The notes under the pieces: generated by a model
Databases searched by the model: none
What the model was told of the DNA's origin: nothing
The model's input: the letters and a program-made list of their open reading frames with translations, nothing else
Origin: Casimicrobiaceae bacterium
Lineage (GTDB): Bacteria; Pseudomonadota; Gammaproteobacteria; Burkholderiales; Casimicrobiaceae
Assembly: GCA_036491495.1 (NCBI GenBank)
Contig: DASXBW010000096.1
Location: forward strand, 11,424-75,423
Length of the DNA stretch: 64,000 nucleotides
Direction of reading: 5' to 3'
Part shown: positions 46,695 through 60,858 of the stretch, piece by piece
How the letters are laid out: every line of letters begins with the position of its first letter
Position numbering within the stretch: position 1 is the first letter of the stretch
Position numbers and translations under genes: made by a program

Positions 46695-48876
46695 AGCTCA
46701 AGGGATCCACGTCGATGCTCCAGCGGACCCGTCGCTCCGCCAGTTGCTCGAGCTCGGCGCGCCAGAGCGGAAGAAAAGTCTGCAAGGAGCGCCGGTCATT
46801 GCTTTGAACGAGCACCTGGCCGCGCTCCATCCCGGCGCGGCGCGCGAGCCCGGCGGGGACCGGCGGGTAAAGTTGGCAGCGACATGCGCTCGCGGCGATG
46901 ACGGCGTGGCCGCGCTGCGCCGCAGCGTCCAGAAAAGACATCATCGGCCCGCGTGTTTTTGCTTCCGCGGCAAGTAAGGCAAGATACGCGAACGGGGGCA
47001 GGCCGAGACCTCGGCGCTCGGCGAGCAGGGCTCCAGCATAACGATCGTAATCGTGGCCGATCAGCGCCTTGTACAGCGGATGATCGGGAAAGTCGGTTTG
47101 CACCAGCACTTCACCGACCATCTCGCCGCGGCCGGCGCGGCCGGCAACCTGTTCGAGCAGCGCAAAGAGACGCTCCGTGGCGCGAAATTCCGCACTGTAG
47201 AGCGCATTGTCGGCACCGAGCACACCGACCAGCGTCATCCGGGGAAAGTCATGCCCCTTGGCGAGCATTTGCGTACCGACAAGGATATCGACCTCGCCCG
47301 CCGCGATGGCATCGCGCATGGCGACGAATGATCCTTTTCGGCGCGTGCTGTCGCGATCGACGCGCAACACGCGCGCGCCTGGAAAAAGCTCGGCAAGCGC
47401 ACGCTCGAGCCGCTGCGTGCCGAAGCCCAGGGGCAGCAGATCCTGGTTGCCACAATCGGGGCACGATGGCGGGAGCGCGGCAGCGTGTCCGCAGTGGTGA
47501 CAACGCAGCCTCGCATCGTCCCGGTGGACAACAAGGCGCGCGCTGCACCTCGGACACATCGCTTTCCAGCCGCACACCGCGCACAGCAGCGACGGCGCGA
47601 AGCCGCGCCGGTTGATGAAAAGCAAGGCCTGTTCGTGCTTCGCGAGACGAGCCGCAATAGCTTGTTGCAGCGCCGGCGCGATGCCTTCGATGTTGCCCCG
47701 ATCCCGACTCCGCACCAGGTGCACGGTGGGAAGGCCACTATGCGCGGTCGCGCGCCGCGGCAATCTGAGCCATAGATATCGGCCCCGTTTAGCTTGCGCG
47801 TAGCTTTCGAGGGAAGGCGTGGCGCTGCCGAGGATAATGGGCACGCCGCGCAACTGCGCCCGAAAGATTGCGACATCGCGCGCGTGATAGCGGACTCCGT
47901 CCTGCTGTTTGAAGGAGGCATCGTGTTCTTCATCCACGACGATCAGTCCGAGGCGCGACAAGGGCGCGAACACCGCCAAACGCGTTCCGATGAGAAGCTG
48001 AATTTCTCCTCGTGCCGCGGCCAGCCAGCGTCTCCTGCGCTCGAGAGCTCCGAGCCGGCTGTGCAGCGCGCCAACACGAAGGGCGGGCAACGCAGCCGCG
48101 ATACGCTGTTCGAGCTGCGGCGTCAGATTGATTTCCGGCACCAGCAAGAGCGCCTGCCTGCCCGCGTCGATCACGCGTGCGGCGGCGGCGACATAGACCT
48201 CGGTCTTGCCGCTGCCGGTGACACCCTGCAGCAGCGATGGCCGGAATGCCAAAGGCTCGGCGATTGCGGCGTCGAGTGCCGCGCGCTGGTCGGGATTCAG
48301 CGTTGGCGCAGGCGTGTGCGTGCCGCTGAGGACGACTTCCATCACCGGCTCGACCCATCCCTCACGTCGCCATTTTCCGAAAAACCGCCAGACGCCCGCG
48401 CCGAGCTTCCGCAATTCGTCGGCGGCGACGCCTTCGGCCGCATGGAGCATACCGATCGCGCTGCTGAGCGCGGCTCCCCTCTCATTATGCTGATCGACGA
48501 GATTCGCCTGGCCAGCGGGCGTCAGGCGATACACGCGCGCCAGCGGTGCTCGACTACCACCGCCTTGCGCGAGCGGCGGCAGCATTTGCGCAAGACACAA
48601 GCCAATCGGTTCCTGATAGTAAGTCGAAACAAAGTTTGCCAATTCGCGGAGATCGGTCGGAAGGGGCGGAATATCGGACAACACCTCGTCGACCGGCATC
48701 AATCGCTCGGGCGCTACCTCGCTGCTTTCGACGACCTCGACGGCCACACCATGCAAGCGTCGGCGGCCAAGCCGAACGACCAGCACACTGCCTGGATCCG
48801 GCGCCAGCCCCGCGGGCAACCAATAATCGAACAGCTGACGCGCTGCGACCGGCAACGCGACGCGAATGATGGCCAC
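46687..48876 (-). CDS. priA: primosomal replication-restart helicase PriA
   Basis: Walker A is [11 protein letters not shown] and the DEEH box is VVDEEHD. The Cys-rich zinc region is CAVCGW...CPRCS...CHHCG...CPDCG. GTG start at 48876. Confidence 0.9.
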   Translation of the reverse strand: MAIIRVALPVAARQLFDYWLPAGLAPDPGSVLVVRLGRRRLHGVAVEVVESSEVAPERLMPVDEVLSDIPPLPTDLRELANFVSTYYQEPIGLCLAQMLPPLAQGGGSRAPLARVYRLTPAGQANLVDQHNERGAALSSAIGMLHAAEGVAADELRKLGAGVWRFFGKWRREGWVEPVMEVVLSGTHTPAPTLNPDQRAALDAAIAEPLAFRPSLLQGVTGSGKTEVYVAAAARVIDAGRQALLLVPEINLTPQLEQRIAAALPALRVGALHSRLGALERRRRWLAAARGEIQLLIGTRLAVFAPLSRLGLIVVDEEHDASFKQQDGVRYHARDVAIFRAQLRGVPIILGSATPSLESYAQAKRGRYLWLRLPRRATAHSGLPTVHLVRSRDRGNIEGIAPALQQAIAARLAKHEQALLFINRRGFAPSLLCAVCGWKAMCPRCSARLVVHRDDARLRCHHCGHAAALPPSCPDCGNQDLLPLGFGTQRLERALAELFPGARVLRVDRDSTRRKGSFVAMRDAIAAGEVDILVGTQMLAKGHDFPRMTLVGVLGADNALYSAEFRATERLFALLEQVAGRAGRGEMVGEVLVQTDFPDHPLYKALIGHDYDRYAGALLAERRGLGLPPFAYLALLAAEAKTRGPMMSFLDAAAQRGHAVIAASACRCQLYPPVPAGLARRAGMERGQVLVQSNDRRSLQTFLPLWRAELEQLAERRVRWSIDVDPLSFA

Positions 48877-49026
48877 GATCAGCGTCCCGGGATCCTGGAG
48901 CGAAGGCGCGCACCGTAGGCGCCATTTTTTGTGGCTTCCTGAATCATCATACGAACTTCAGCATTGCGCTCCAAGTTGTTCTTTTTCCAGCACTCCTCGG
49001 ACGCCATACATCCCATGTGGATAGAT

Positions 49027-49202
49027 CTGTGCATAACTGAAACACAATCGGACCAGCCCACCGGCTGACGGTCGGTGGCCTGCGGGGGAGGTCGCAAACA
49101 GAGCTAAAATACCCAATATGCTCAATGAGTTGGAGCGCGCCTACTGGGGGAACCGGATGCGCGGGTTCGGCCGACGACATCCGTCTACGACTGTGCATAA
49201 CT
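49027..49202. repeat. pair of 12-bp direct repeats (ctgtgcataact) inside the hemE-priA spacer
   Basis: Exact copies lie at 49027..49038 and 49191..49202, with starts 164 bp apart. Confidence 0.7.
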
Positions 49203-49233
49203 AGTGCACGAGGCCCCGTCTTTCAGAATTTTG

Positions 49234-50352
49234 TCAAGGCCTCGGAGACCGAGCACCGGCGCGGGTTTCGGCTTCGTTGGCATCGAGTCCAGTGGGCGCG
49301 GCGCGTTGCACGCGAGATTCGGCATGGACCGTGGCGACCAACGCAGCGACGTTTTCCGGCGCAGTCGCCGGCAGGATCCCGTGGCCAAGATTGAAAATGT
49401 GCCCCGGCTGCGGTCCTGCAGCCCGAATGATGTCGAGCGCGGCCTTTTGCGTCGCTTCAGGAGTCGTCAACAGAACCATCGGGTCGAGGTTGCCTTGCAA
49501 CGCAACGCGAGCTCCCGCCTGCCTGCGCGCAACGCCGATATCCGTCGTCCAGTCGAGTCCCACGGCATCGCAGCCGCACGCGGCGATGCGGTCCAGCCAT
49601 TGACCGCCGCCCTTGGTGAAAACGATCGTGGGGACCAGGCAGTTTTGATCGCGGAGGCGCTTGAGGACAGTCTTGATGTAGGACAGCGAAAAGCTATCGT
49701 ACGCGTCGGAGGTGAGCAGGCCGCCCCAGGTATCGAAAATCATCAGCACGTCGGCGCCATGGGCGACCTGCTGCGCAAGATACCCGACAACCGCCTCGGC
49801 GTTGATCGTCAGGACGCGGTGGAGAAGATCGGGCCGGGCATAGAGCATGCGCCGTACTCTGGCGAAATCGGCGCTGCCCATCCCCTCGATCATGTAGCAC
49901 GCGAGCGTGAATGGGCTGCCGGCGAAACCGATCAAGGGCACGCTTCCGTCCAATGCGAGCTTAATCGATGCGACCGCGTCATAGACGTATCGGAGGCGGG
50001 AAGGATCCGGCACCGTCAGCCTCGAGATCGCCGCTTCGTCGACCAGCGGCCGCTCGAATCGTGGCCCTTCGCCCTCCATAACCGAGAGTCCCAGTCCCAT
50101 CGCATGCGGCACCGTGAGGATGTCGGAGAAAACGATGGCCGCGTCGAGCGGAAAACGCGCCAGCGGCTGAAGGGTTACTTCGGTCGCGAGGGCAGGGTTG
50201 GTGCAAAGCTTCATGAAGCTGCCGGCGCGTGCGCGCGTCGCATTGTATTCGGGCAAATAGCGGCCCGCCTGGCGCATCAGCCACACAGGGGTGTGCTGGG
50301 TCGGCTCACGCTTAAGCGCGCGCAGGAGCGTGTCGTTTTTCAAGAGGCTCAT
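49234..50352 (-). CDS. hemE: uroporphyrinogen decarboxylase
   Basis: The N-terminus is [36 protein letters not shown]. Length is 372 aa. Confidence 0.9.
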   Translation of the reverse strand: MSLLKNDTLLRALKREPTQHTPVWLMRQAGRYLPEYNATRARAGSFMKLCTNPALATEVTLQPLARFPLDAAIVFSDILTVPHAMGLGLSVMEGEGPRFERPLVDEAAISRLTVPDPSRLRYVYDAVASIKLALDGSVPLIGFAGSPFTLACYMIEGMGSADFARVRRMLYARPDLLHRVLTINAEAVVGYLAQQVAHGADVLMIFDTWGGLLTSDAYDSFSLSYIKTVLKRLRDQNCLVPTIVFTKGGGQWLDRIAACGCDAVGLDWTTDIGVARRQAGARVALQGNLDPMVLLTTPEATQKAALDIIRAAGPQPGHIFNLGHGILPATAPENVAALVATVHAESRVQRAAPTGLDANEAETRAGARSPRP

Positions 50353-50394
50353 TGGTGGGTCGCGAGGCGGCGGACTGGCGCCGACTCGCTATTT

Positions 50395-51273
50395 TCAGTG
50401 AGCTGGCAGCAAGGCTCGGCCGCAAAGGCGTTCGAGAATCGCCAGCGGCGAGCTTTGCGGGTCGTAGAGACGGGAAACAGGAACGTGGATCGTCTGCTCG
50501 AGCATGTGCTGGCCTGAAACGGCAGCGTGCATTACCTGATCGGAAAAACACAGCCAGGTCGTTCCCGGCCTGAAACGGACCAGTTGCTGCCCGCAGTGCT
50601 TCTGGTAATCGAGGTCCGCCTTGGCGCAGTCGTGTAGTCCCAGCATCAGGTGATCGTATTCGCTGCGTACGCCTTTGGTGACGTGCAGCAGCGCCAGCAT
50701 CGCCCGCGAACCGGGGAGCGGCCGACGTATCCGCGGCAGGAAGGTTCTGGCCACCGCCTCGAAGCTTTCGCCGATCCGCCAGACGCGATCTTCGCCGGAG
50801 CTGACATTCGAGAATACACGCAGAATGCGCTCGCCATGGTTCGGTCGCGATGGAAAAGCGTCGATGTGAAGCCGCGAGTCGTCTTTTCGCCATGAAACCG
50901 CACGTCCGACCGCGGGCAGCGGACGGAAACTGGTGCGGGCCCGGGTGACGTGCGCAGCGTAGCGGGGAAACAACGCGGTGACCAAGTCCGCCGCGTTCGC
51001 CGCGAAGCGCCCGATCATCCGCCCGAGCGCCGCCAGATCTTCGGGTGCACCCGCCGCTCCTTTGAGAGCGACGCCATCGAAGCTGATGTTCTTGGCCCTG
51101 CCATCAGCCCATCGCGGCGACAGAAAACGTGCCTCGTCGGGATTGAGTCGGAAGGCGAGATGCGGGAGGGTCAGAATTCCGCCGCCTTCCAAAGTGGCGA
51201 CCGCCGTTCGTTGCGCGTCCGGCGTGAGCAGAGGCTTCCAGCTGGCGAGGTCGAGCGAGACGACGGTTGTCAC
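50395..51273 (-). CDS. kdoO: probable Kdo hydroxylase (KdoO-like Fe(II)/2-oxoglutarate dioxygenase)
   Basis: 292 aa. The pattern LEGGGILTLPHLAFRLNPDEARFLSP...AKNISFD plus an H-x-D facial-triad candidate (RLHIDAFPSRP) matches my recollection of the Kdo_hydroxy family. I assigned this from memory, not from a search. Confidence 0.55.
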   Translation of the reverse strand: MTTVVSLDLASWKPLLTPDAQRTAVATLEGGGILTLPHLAFRLNPDEARFLSPRWADGRAKNISFDGVALKGAAGAPEDLAALGRMIGRFAANAADLVTALFPRYAAHVTRARTSFRPLPAVGRAVSWRKDDSRLHIDAFPSRPNHGERILRVFSNVSSGEDRVWRIGESFEAVARTFLPRIRRPLPGSRAMLALLHVTKGVRSEYDHLMLGLHDCAKADLDYQKHCGQQLVRFRPGTTWLCFSDQVMHAAVSGQHMLEQTIHVPVSRLYDPQSSPLAILERLCGRALLPAH

Positions 51274-51279
51274 TCGACG

Positions 51280-52713
51280 TTAGCGCGGCAACTCGGACAC
51301 GCCCATCAGAAATTCATCGACCGCACGCGCGCATTGACGCCCCTCGCGGATCGCCCATACGACCAGCGATTGTCCGCGTCGCGTGTCGCCGGCGGCAAAG
51401 ACCTTCGAGACCGAGGTGCGATAAGTGTCGGTGTCCGCGTTGACGTTGCCGCGCGCGTCGTACGCGACCCCGAGCGCGTCGAGCATTCCCCGATGCACCG
51501 GGTGCATGTAGCCCATCGCGAACAATACGAGATCGGCTTTGAGCACGAATTCGGTGTTCGGCACATCGTGCAGCTTGCCGTCTCTGAACTCGACGCGGCT
51601 CGCGACCAGCTTCGTGACTCTTCCGCCCTCGCCTTTGAATGCCTTGGTCTGCACGGCCCAGTCCCGCTCGCATCCTTCTTCGTGCGACGAGGAGGTCCGG
51701 AGCTTCATCGGCCAGTAGGGCCACACCAGCGGCTTGTTTTCATGCTCGGGAGGCTGGGGCAGCAGCTCGAATTGGGTAACCGACAGCGCTCCCTGACGAT
51801 TCGAGGTGCCGACGCAGTCGGATCCGGTATCGCCGCCGCCGATGACCACTACATGTTTGCCCGACGCGGTGAGCGGTGGGACGTTCGAATCGCCGGCCAC
51901 GCGTCGGTTCTGAAGCGGCAGGAAGTCCATTGCAAAATAAACGCCATCGAGCTCGCGCCCGGGCACGTCGAGATCGCGCGGATGCTCCGATCCTGCCGAG
52001 AGCACGACGGCATCGTATTCCGCGACCAGCTGCCGCGCGTCAACGCCGTTGACGCCGGTTTCACCCACGTGCCGGTTGACCTGGAATTCGACGCCTTCGA
52101 GCTGCATTTGCTGCACACGCCGGTCGATATGCTGCTTGCCCATTTTGAAGTCCGGAATGCCGTAACGCAGCAAGCCGCCGATGCGGTCGTTCTTTTCGAA
52201 TAGCACTACGTCGTGGCCGGCGCGCGCGAGTTGCTGCGCACACGCCATTCCCGCCGGGCCCGATCCGATGACAGCCACCCGTTTCCCGGTCTTGGTCGCA
52301 GGCGGAAGGGGCACGACCCAGCCTTCTTCCCAGCCCTTGTCGATGATGAAGTGCTCGATCGACTTGATGCCGACCGGATCGTCGTTGATGTTCAGCGTGC
52401 AGGCTGCCTCGCAAGGAGCGGGGCACACCCGTCCGGTGAACTCGGGAAAATTATTGGTCGAATGCAGCACGTCGAGCGCCTGACGCCACTGATGCCGATA
52501 GACCAGATCGTTCCAGTCCGGGATGATGTTGTTGATAGGGCAGCCGGACTGGCAAAACGGAATGCCGCAATCCATGCAGCGCGCTCCCTGCGCCGCCGCC
52601 TTGTCGTCCTCAAGCGTCAGGATGAATTCCCGATAGCTCCTGACGCGCTCCTCTACCGGAAGCGCGACCTCGGCAACGCGTGAGAGCTCGAGGAAGCCGG
52701 TAACCTTGCCCAT
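51280..52713 (-). CDS. gltD: glutamate synthase (NADPH) small subunit
   Basis: Start MGKVTGFLE at 52713. Fe-S Cys clusters are [14 protein letters not shown] and CPAPCEAAC. The dinucleotide-binding motif is [12 protein letters not shown]. Confidence 0.9.
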   Translation of the reverse strand: MGKVTGFLELSRVAEVALPVEERVRSYREFILTLEDDKAAAQGARCMDCGIPFCQSGCPINNIIPDWNDLVYRHQWRQALDVLHSTNNFPEFTGRVCPAPCEAACTLNINDDPVGIKSIEHFIIDKGWEEGWVVPLPPATKTGKRVAVIGSGPAGMACAQQLARAGHDVVLFEKNDRIGGLLRYGIPDFKMGKQHIDRRVQQMQLEGVEFQVNRHVGETGVNGVDARQLVAEYDAVVLSAGSEHPRDLDVPGRELDGVYFAMDFLPLQNRRVAGDSNVPPLTASGKHVVVIGGGDTGSDCVGTSNRQGALSVTQFELLPQPPEHENKPLVWPYWPMKLRTSSSHEEGCERDWAVQTKAFKGEGGRVTKLVASRVEFRDGKLHDVPNTEFVLKADLVLFAMGYMHPVHRGMLDALGVAYDARGNVNADTDTYRTSVSKVFAAGDTRRGQSLVVWAIREGRQCARAVDEFLMGVSELPR

Positions 52714-52783
52714 TACCGCCCCGTCTCCGGCAATCGCCGGCGGAACGTGATACGGCACCCGCCAAATGCGTTTGCGCGCAGCG

Positions 52784-57586
<4,803 letters not shown>

Positions 57587-57668
57587 ACTAGCGAGATTGT
57601 TGCATCGCGGCAACCAATTGGACCCGGACAGCGATCCCGTATGCTCCGGCCGCCAAAATAACTTGCGT

Positions 57669-57683
57669 TGGCTCTAAACTTGC
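57669..57683 (+). promoter_or_regulatory. candidate sigma-54 (-24/-12) promoter upstream of the Ig-like lipoprotein gene
   Basis: TGGCtCt-aaac-TTGC has the canonical GG-to-GC spacing of the TGGCACG-N4-TTGCW consensus. It lies about 98 nt upstream of ATG 57781, in an AT-richer spacer. Confidence 0.35.
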
Positions 57684-57780
57684 GCTTTAATCTGAACAAA
57701 GTAGCGTATATGCTTGTCGCAACGTCCAAATCGATAAGCTTCAAGAAAACCTTTAGGACATCATCATCAGGGATTTCTCC

Positions 57781-59130
57781 ATGGCGTCGAATGTGATGAA
57801 CAGCAACTGGCTGCGGCCAACCCTTGCGTTGTGCGCGCTGGCCGGACTGCTTGCGCTGGGAGGCTGCGGCGGTGGCAGCGGAGCTCCGAACAATCCTTTC
57901 GCTGCCAAGCCGGTCACACCGGGCCCCTTGTTCGTTTTGCCTCCGACCGCCGTGGTCTATTCGCATACGCCCGCAACACTGCAGGTTAGTGGCGGCGCAC
58001 TTCCCTATCAGGTGTTCTCGAGCAATTCGGCGGTCCTTCCCGTAGCGCAAAACGTCGACACCGGCGTGGTCGTGCTCGTTCCGGGAGACGTGGCCGCGGA
58101 TACCCCGGTCATCATCACGGTGCAAGACGCGATTGGCCAGACCGCGACCTCGGCGGTGACGGTCCGTCCCGCACCGTTGTTCAACACGCTGACCGTGGTC
58201 CCGAGCCGCACCGTGTGCGGCACCAACGCGGTATGTTCCGGCGACACTGCGACCGCGACGGTGCAAGTCACCGGTGTGGCCGGCGCAGGCATACCCAATC
58301 GTCAGGTCAAGTTCGACGTCGTGCAGGGCGCGTTCGGGATTCAGAGCAGCAATCCGGGGCAGCCGCTCGTTTCTTCGCTCACGGTGGTGTCCGACGCCAC
58401 CGGCGTAGCTCGCGTCGTATTGCAGGCAACAGTAAACGTCCCAACGCAGCCGGCGCAAATACGCGCCACAGACCTGACCACCAACAACTCGGTGACGGCT
58501 TCCTTCACCATCGTCCAGCAAACCGACGGCTCGGCCATCCTGTCGGTGGTCCCGCCAACTGCAACCATTACCGGGACCTTCGTCAATCAGTGCTCAGTTG
58601 GCTTCCGTGTCGATTACTTCATCTATGGCGGCACACCGCCGTATACCGTCTCGTCGACCTTCCCAACGGCCGTGGGAATTGTCAATTCACCGGTCTTATT
58701 CTCGGGCGGAGCGTTCGAGGCCGTTACCAATGGCACTTGTGTGAATCCAGTGACATTTACCATCGTCGATGCGACCGGTCGCCAGACCACGGCTACACTG
58801 ATCAACGCGCCGGGTACCCAGGTGATCCCGCCGCCGACACCACCGCCGGCGCTGGTGATCACCCCCACAGCCGCCAAACCGCCAATATGTGTGAATGGAA
58901 CTAATGTCGGATTTGTTCTCACCGGGGGTACGCCGCCGTATAACGTTGCCGTGGCGCCCGCCGGGACGACGGCGAACACTGCGTCGATCGCTCCGCAAGT
59001 GATATCCACGAACGGCGGCGGCACGACAGTGACGCTCAACACTCCAGGACCAGGCTTTAGCGCCGCAGTTTCAGCCGTTGATTCCAGCTCTCCACAGAAA
59101 AGCGTGTCAGCAACCATTACCTGTCCGTAG
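57781..59130 (+). CDS. lipoprotein with four Ig-like repeats (three He_PIG-like, one Big_1-like)
   Basis: The signal peptide has the lipobox LALGGC. A GG[AT][LP]PY motif occurs three times (SGGALPYQV, YGGTPPYTV, TGGTPPYNV). The central segment ATVQVTGVAGAGIPNRQVKFDVVQG...SDATGVARVVLQA resembles invasin-type Big_1. Three of the four modules carry paired Cys. Lys and Glu are very scarce. Confidence 0.7.
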   Translation: MASNVMNSNWLRPTLALCALAGLLALGGCGGGSGAPNNPFAAKPVTPGPLFVLPPTAVVYSHTPATLQVSGGALPYQVFSSNSAVLPVAQNVDTGVVVLVPGDVAADTPVIITVQDAIGQTATSAVTVRPAPLFNTLTVVPSRTVCGTNAVCSGDTATATVQVTGVAGAGIPNRQVKFDVVQGAFGIQSSNPGQPLVSSLTVVSDATGVARVVLQATVNVPTQPAQIRATDLTTNNSVTASFTIVQQTDGSAILSVVPPTATITGTFVNQCSVGFRVDYFIYGGTPPYTVSSTFPTAVGIVNSPVLFSGGAFEAVTNGTCVNPVTFTIVDATGRQTTATLINAPGTQVIPPPTPPPALVITPTAAKPPICVNGTNVGFVLTGGTPPYNVAVAPAGTTANTASIAPQVISTNGGGTTVTLNTPGPGFSAAVSAVDSSSPQKSVSATITCP

Positions 59131-59147
59131 GGCGCGGGCAAGCAGGT

Positions 59148-59179
59148 AAAAAAACGGCGCCAAACGGCGCCGTTTTTTT
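59148..59179. terminator. bidirectional rho-independent terminator between the convergent lipoprotein gene and aroB
   Basis: aaaaaaa-cggcgcc-aaac-ggcgccg-ttttttt is a GC stem flanked by A7 and T7. Confidence 0.85.
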
Positions 59180-59183
59180 GAAG

Positions 59184-60284
59184 TCACGGATCAGCGAGAA
59201 GCTCGATCAATTCTGTTTCCGAAATATCGCCTCGAGTCGTCGCCCGCCCCAGCGCTTCGAGCAGCACCAAGCGCAGCTTGCCTGCCTGGACCTTCTTGTC
59301 TCGCGCAATCAGTTCGAGATAACGCTCGGCACTCAGCGCCGGCGGATCGATCGGCAACCCGAACCGAGACAGAAGTTGCCGTAGCCGCACGTTGTCTATG
59401 GCCGGGAACCCGGCCACGCGAACCGAAAGCTCCCCAGCAAGCACCATTCCCGCGGCGACGGCTTCGCCGTGCAGCCAGGTGCCATACCCGGTGCCAACTT
59501 CGATTGCATGTCCGAAGGTGTGCCCGAAATTCAGTAATGCGCGTTCACCCGTTTCGCGCTCGTCGGCCGCGACAATTTCCGCTTTGAGCCGGCAGCTCTC
59601 GTGGATCGCCTGTGCCAGCGTTGCCTCGTCGCGCCTGAGCAGTGGATCGACGTTGGACTCGAGCCAGGCAAAGAGCTGTGGCGAGCGAATTGCGCCGTAT
59701 TTCACCACCTCTGCCAGACCGGATGCGTACTCGCGATCGGGCAAGGTAGAGAGTGTCGCGCTGTCGATGATGACGGCCGAGGGCTGATAAAAGGCGCCGA
59801 TCATATTCTTGCCCAGCGGATGATTCACTGCGGTCTTGCCGCCGACCGAGGAATCGACTTGCGCCAGCAGGGTAGTCGGGATCTGCACCAGGGGCATACC
59901 GCGCTGATATGTCGCGGCGGCGAATCCCGCGAGATCGCCGATCACCCCGCCTCCCAGCGCAATCAACGTCGTCGAGCGCTCGGCCTTGAGCTCCAGCAAC
60001 CGGGTATGGACGTCGTAGAGTGTGGCCCAATCCTTGTGGGCTTCGCCGTCGGGCACGACGATGACGTCGTGATGCATGTCCGCGCGCTCGAGCCCCTTTT
60101 GCAGCCGATCAAGATGATGTGCCGCGACGACCGGGTTGGTGACGATGATCGCCCGACCTGACCGCATGTTCGGCAGCAGGTGGCCGATTTCGGCCAGTAG
60201 CGCCGCGCCAATATGAATGGGGTAGCTCCGCTCGGCCAGAGCAACCACCAGCGTGCGCGTCGGTGCCGTGCGCGGCGTCGTCAT
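59184..60284 (-). CDS. aroB: 3-dehydroquinate synthase
   Basis: Motifs are [36 protein letters not shown] and GHTFGHAIE. Length is 366 aa. Confidence 0.9.
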   Translation of the reverse strand: MTTPRTAPTRTLVVALAERSYPIHIGAALLAEIGHLLPNMRSGRAIIVTNPVVAAHHLDRLQKGLERADMHHDVIVVPDGEAHKDWATLYDVHTRLLELKAERSTTLIALGGGVIGDLAGFAAATYQRGMPLVQIPTTLLAQVDSSVGGKTAVNHPLGKNMIGAFYQPSAVIIDSATLSTLPDREYASGLAEVVKYGAIRSPQLFAWLESNVDPLLRRDEATLAQAIHESCRLKAEIVAADERETGERALLNFGHTFGHAIEVGTGYGTWLHGEAVAAGMVLAGELSVRVAGFPAIDNVRLRQLLSRFGLPIDPPALSAERYLELIARDKKVQAGKLRLVLLEALGRATTRGDISETELIELLADP

Positions 60285-60814
60285 TACGCCCGCGCCGCGG
60301 CGCGAAGCTGCTGCTCGAGTCGCTGGGCCAGCCGGATGACCTGCTCCTGGTCCGATTCAATGACGAAATCCGCGGTTTCCCGGTAGAGGGGATCGCGCGC
60401 CGCATACAGATCTTTCAAGCGCTGAAAGGGATCGGGGGCCTGCAGAAGCGGGCGATGCTTGCTGCGACGCGTGCGTTCCCACAACGTTTCCGGCGTCGCA
60501 TGCAGATAGAGTACGGTCCCGTTTTGCTTGAGACGTTCGCGATTGACGGTTCGGAGCACCGCGCCGCCGCCGGTGGCCAGCACGGCGTTGATGTTCTCCA
60601 CGTACTCGGCAATCACGGCCTCTTCCCGATCGCGAAAGCCGGGCTCGCCTTCAAGCTCGAAAATGACCGCAATCGATACGCCCAGGCGCCGCTCGAGCTC
60701 GACGTCGGCGTCGTAGAAGCGCTTGTCGAGCCGTTTGGCGAGCAGTCGACCGAGCGTCGACTTGCCGCTACCCGGCATGCCGATCAGAAATAAATTGCCC
60801 CGATGCATCTGCAT
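60284..60814 (-). CDS. aroK: shikimate kinase
   Basis: Walker A is [11 protein letters not shown] and FRDREE is present. The stop overlaps the aroB ATG by 1 nt. Confidence 0.9.
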   Translation of the reverse strand: MQMHRGNLFLIGMPGSGKSTLGRLLAKRLDKRFYDADVELERRLGVSIAVIFELEGEPGFRDREEAVIAEYVENINAVLATGGGAVLRTVNRERLKQNGTVLYLHATPETLWERTRRSKHRPLLQAPDPFQRLKDLYAARDPLYRETADFVIESDQEQVIRLAQRLEQQLRAAARA

Positions 60815-60858
60815 CAGGGCATTTTATTGCAATCCTCGGGACGGCGCGAGCTTGTGTA

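Noticed and set aside
48904-48930. Weak hairpin (ggcgc...gcgcc) followed by attttttg on the + strand, next to the priA start
   Set aside because: Its orientation is wrong for terminating the flanking minus-strand genes, the stem is only 5 bp, and there is no + strand gene upstream.
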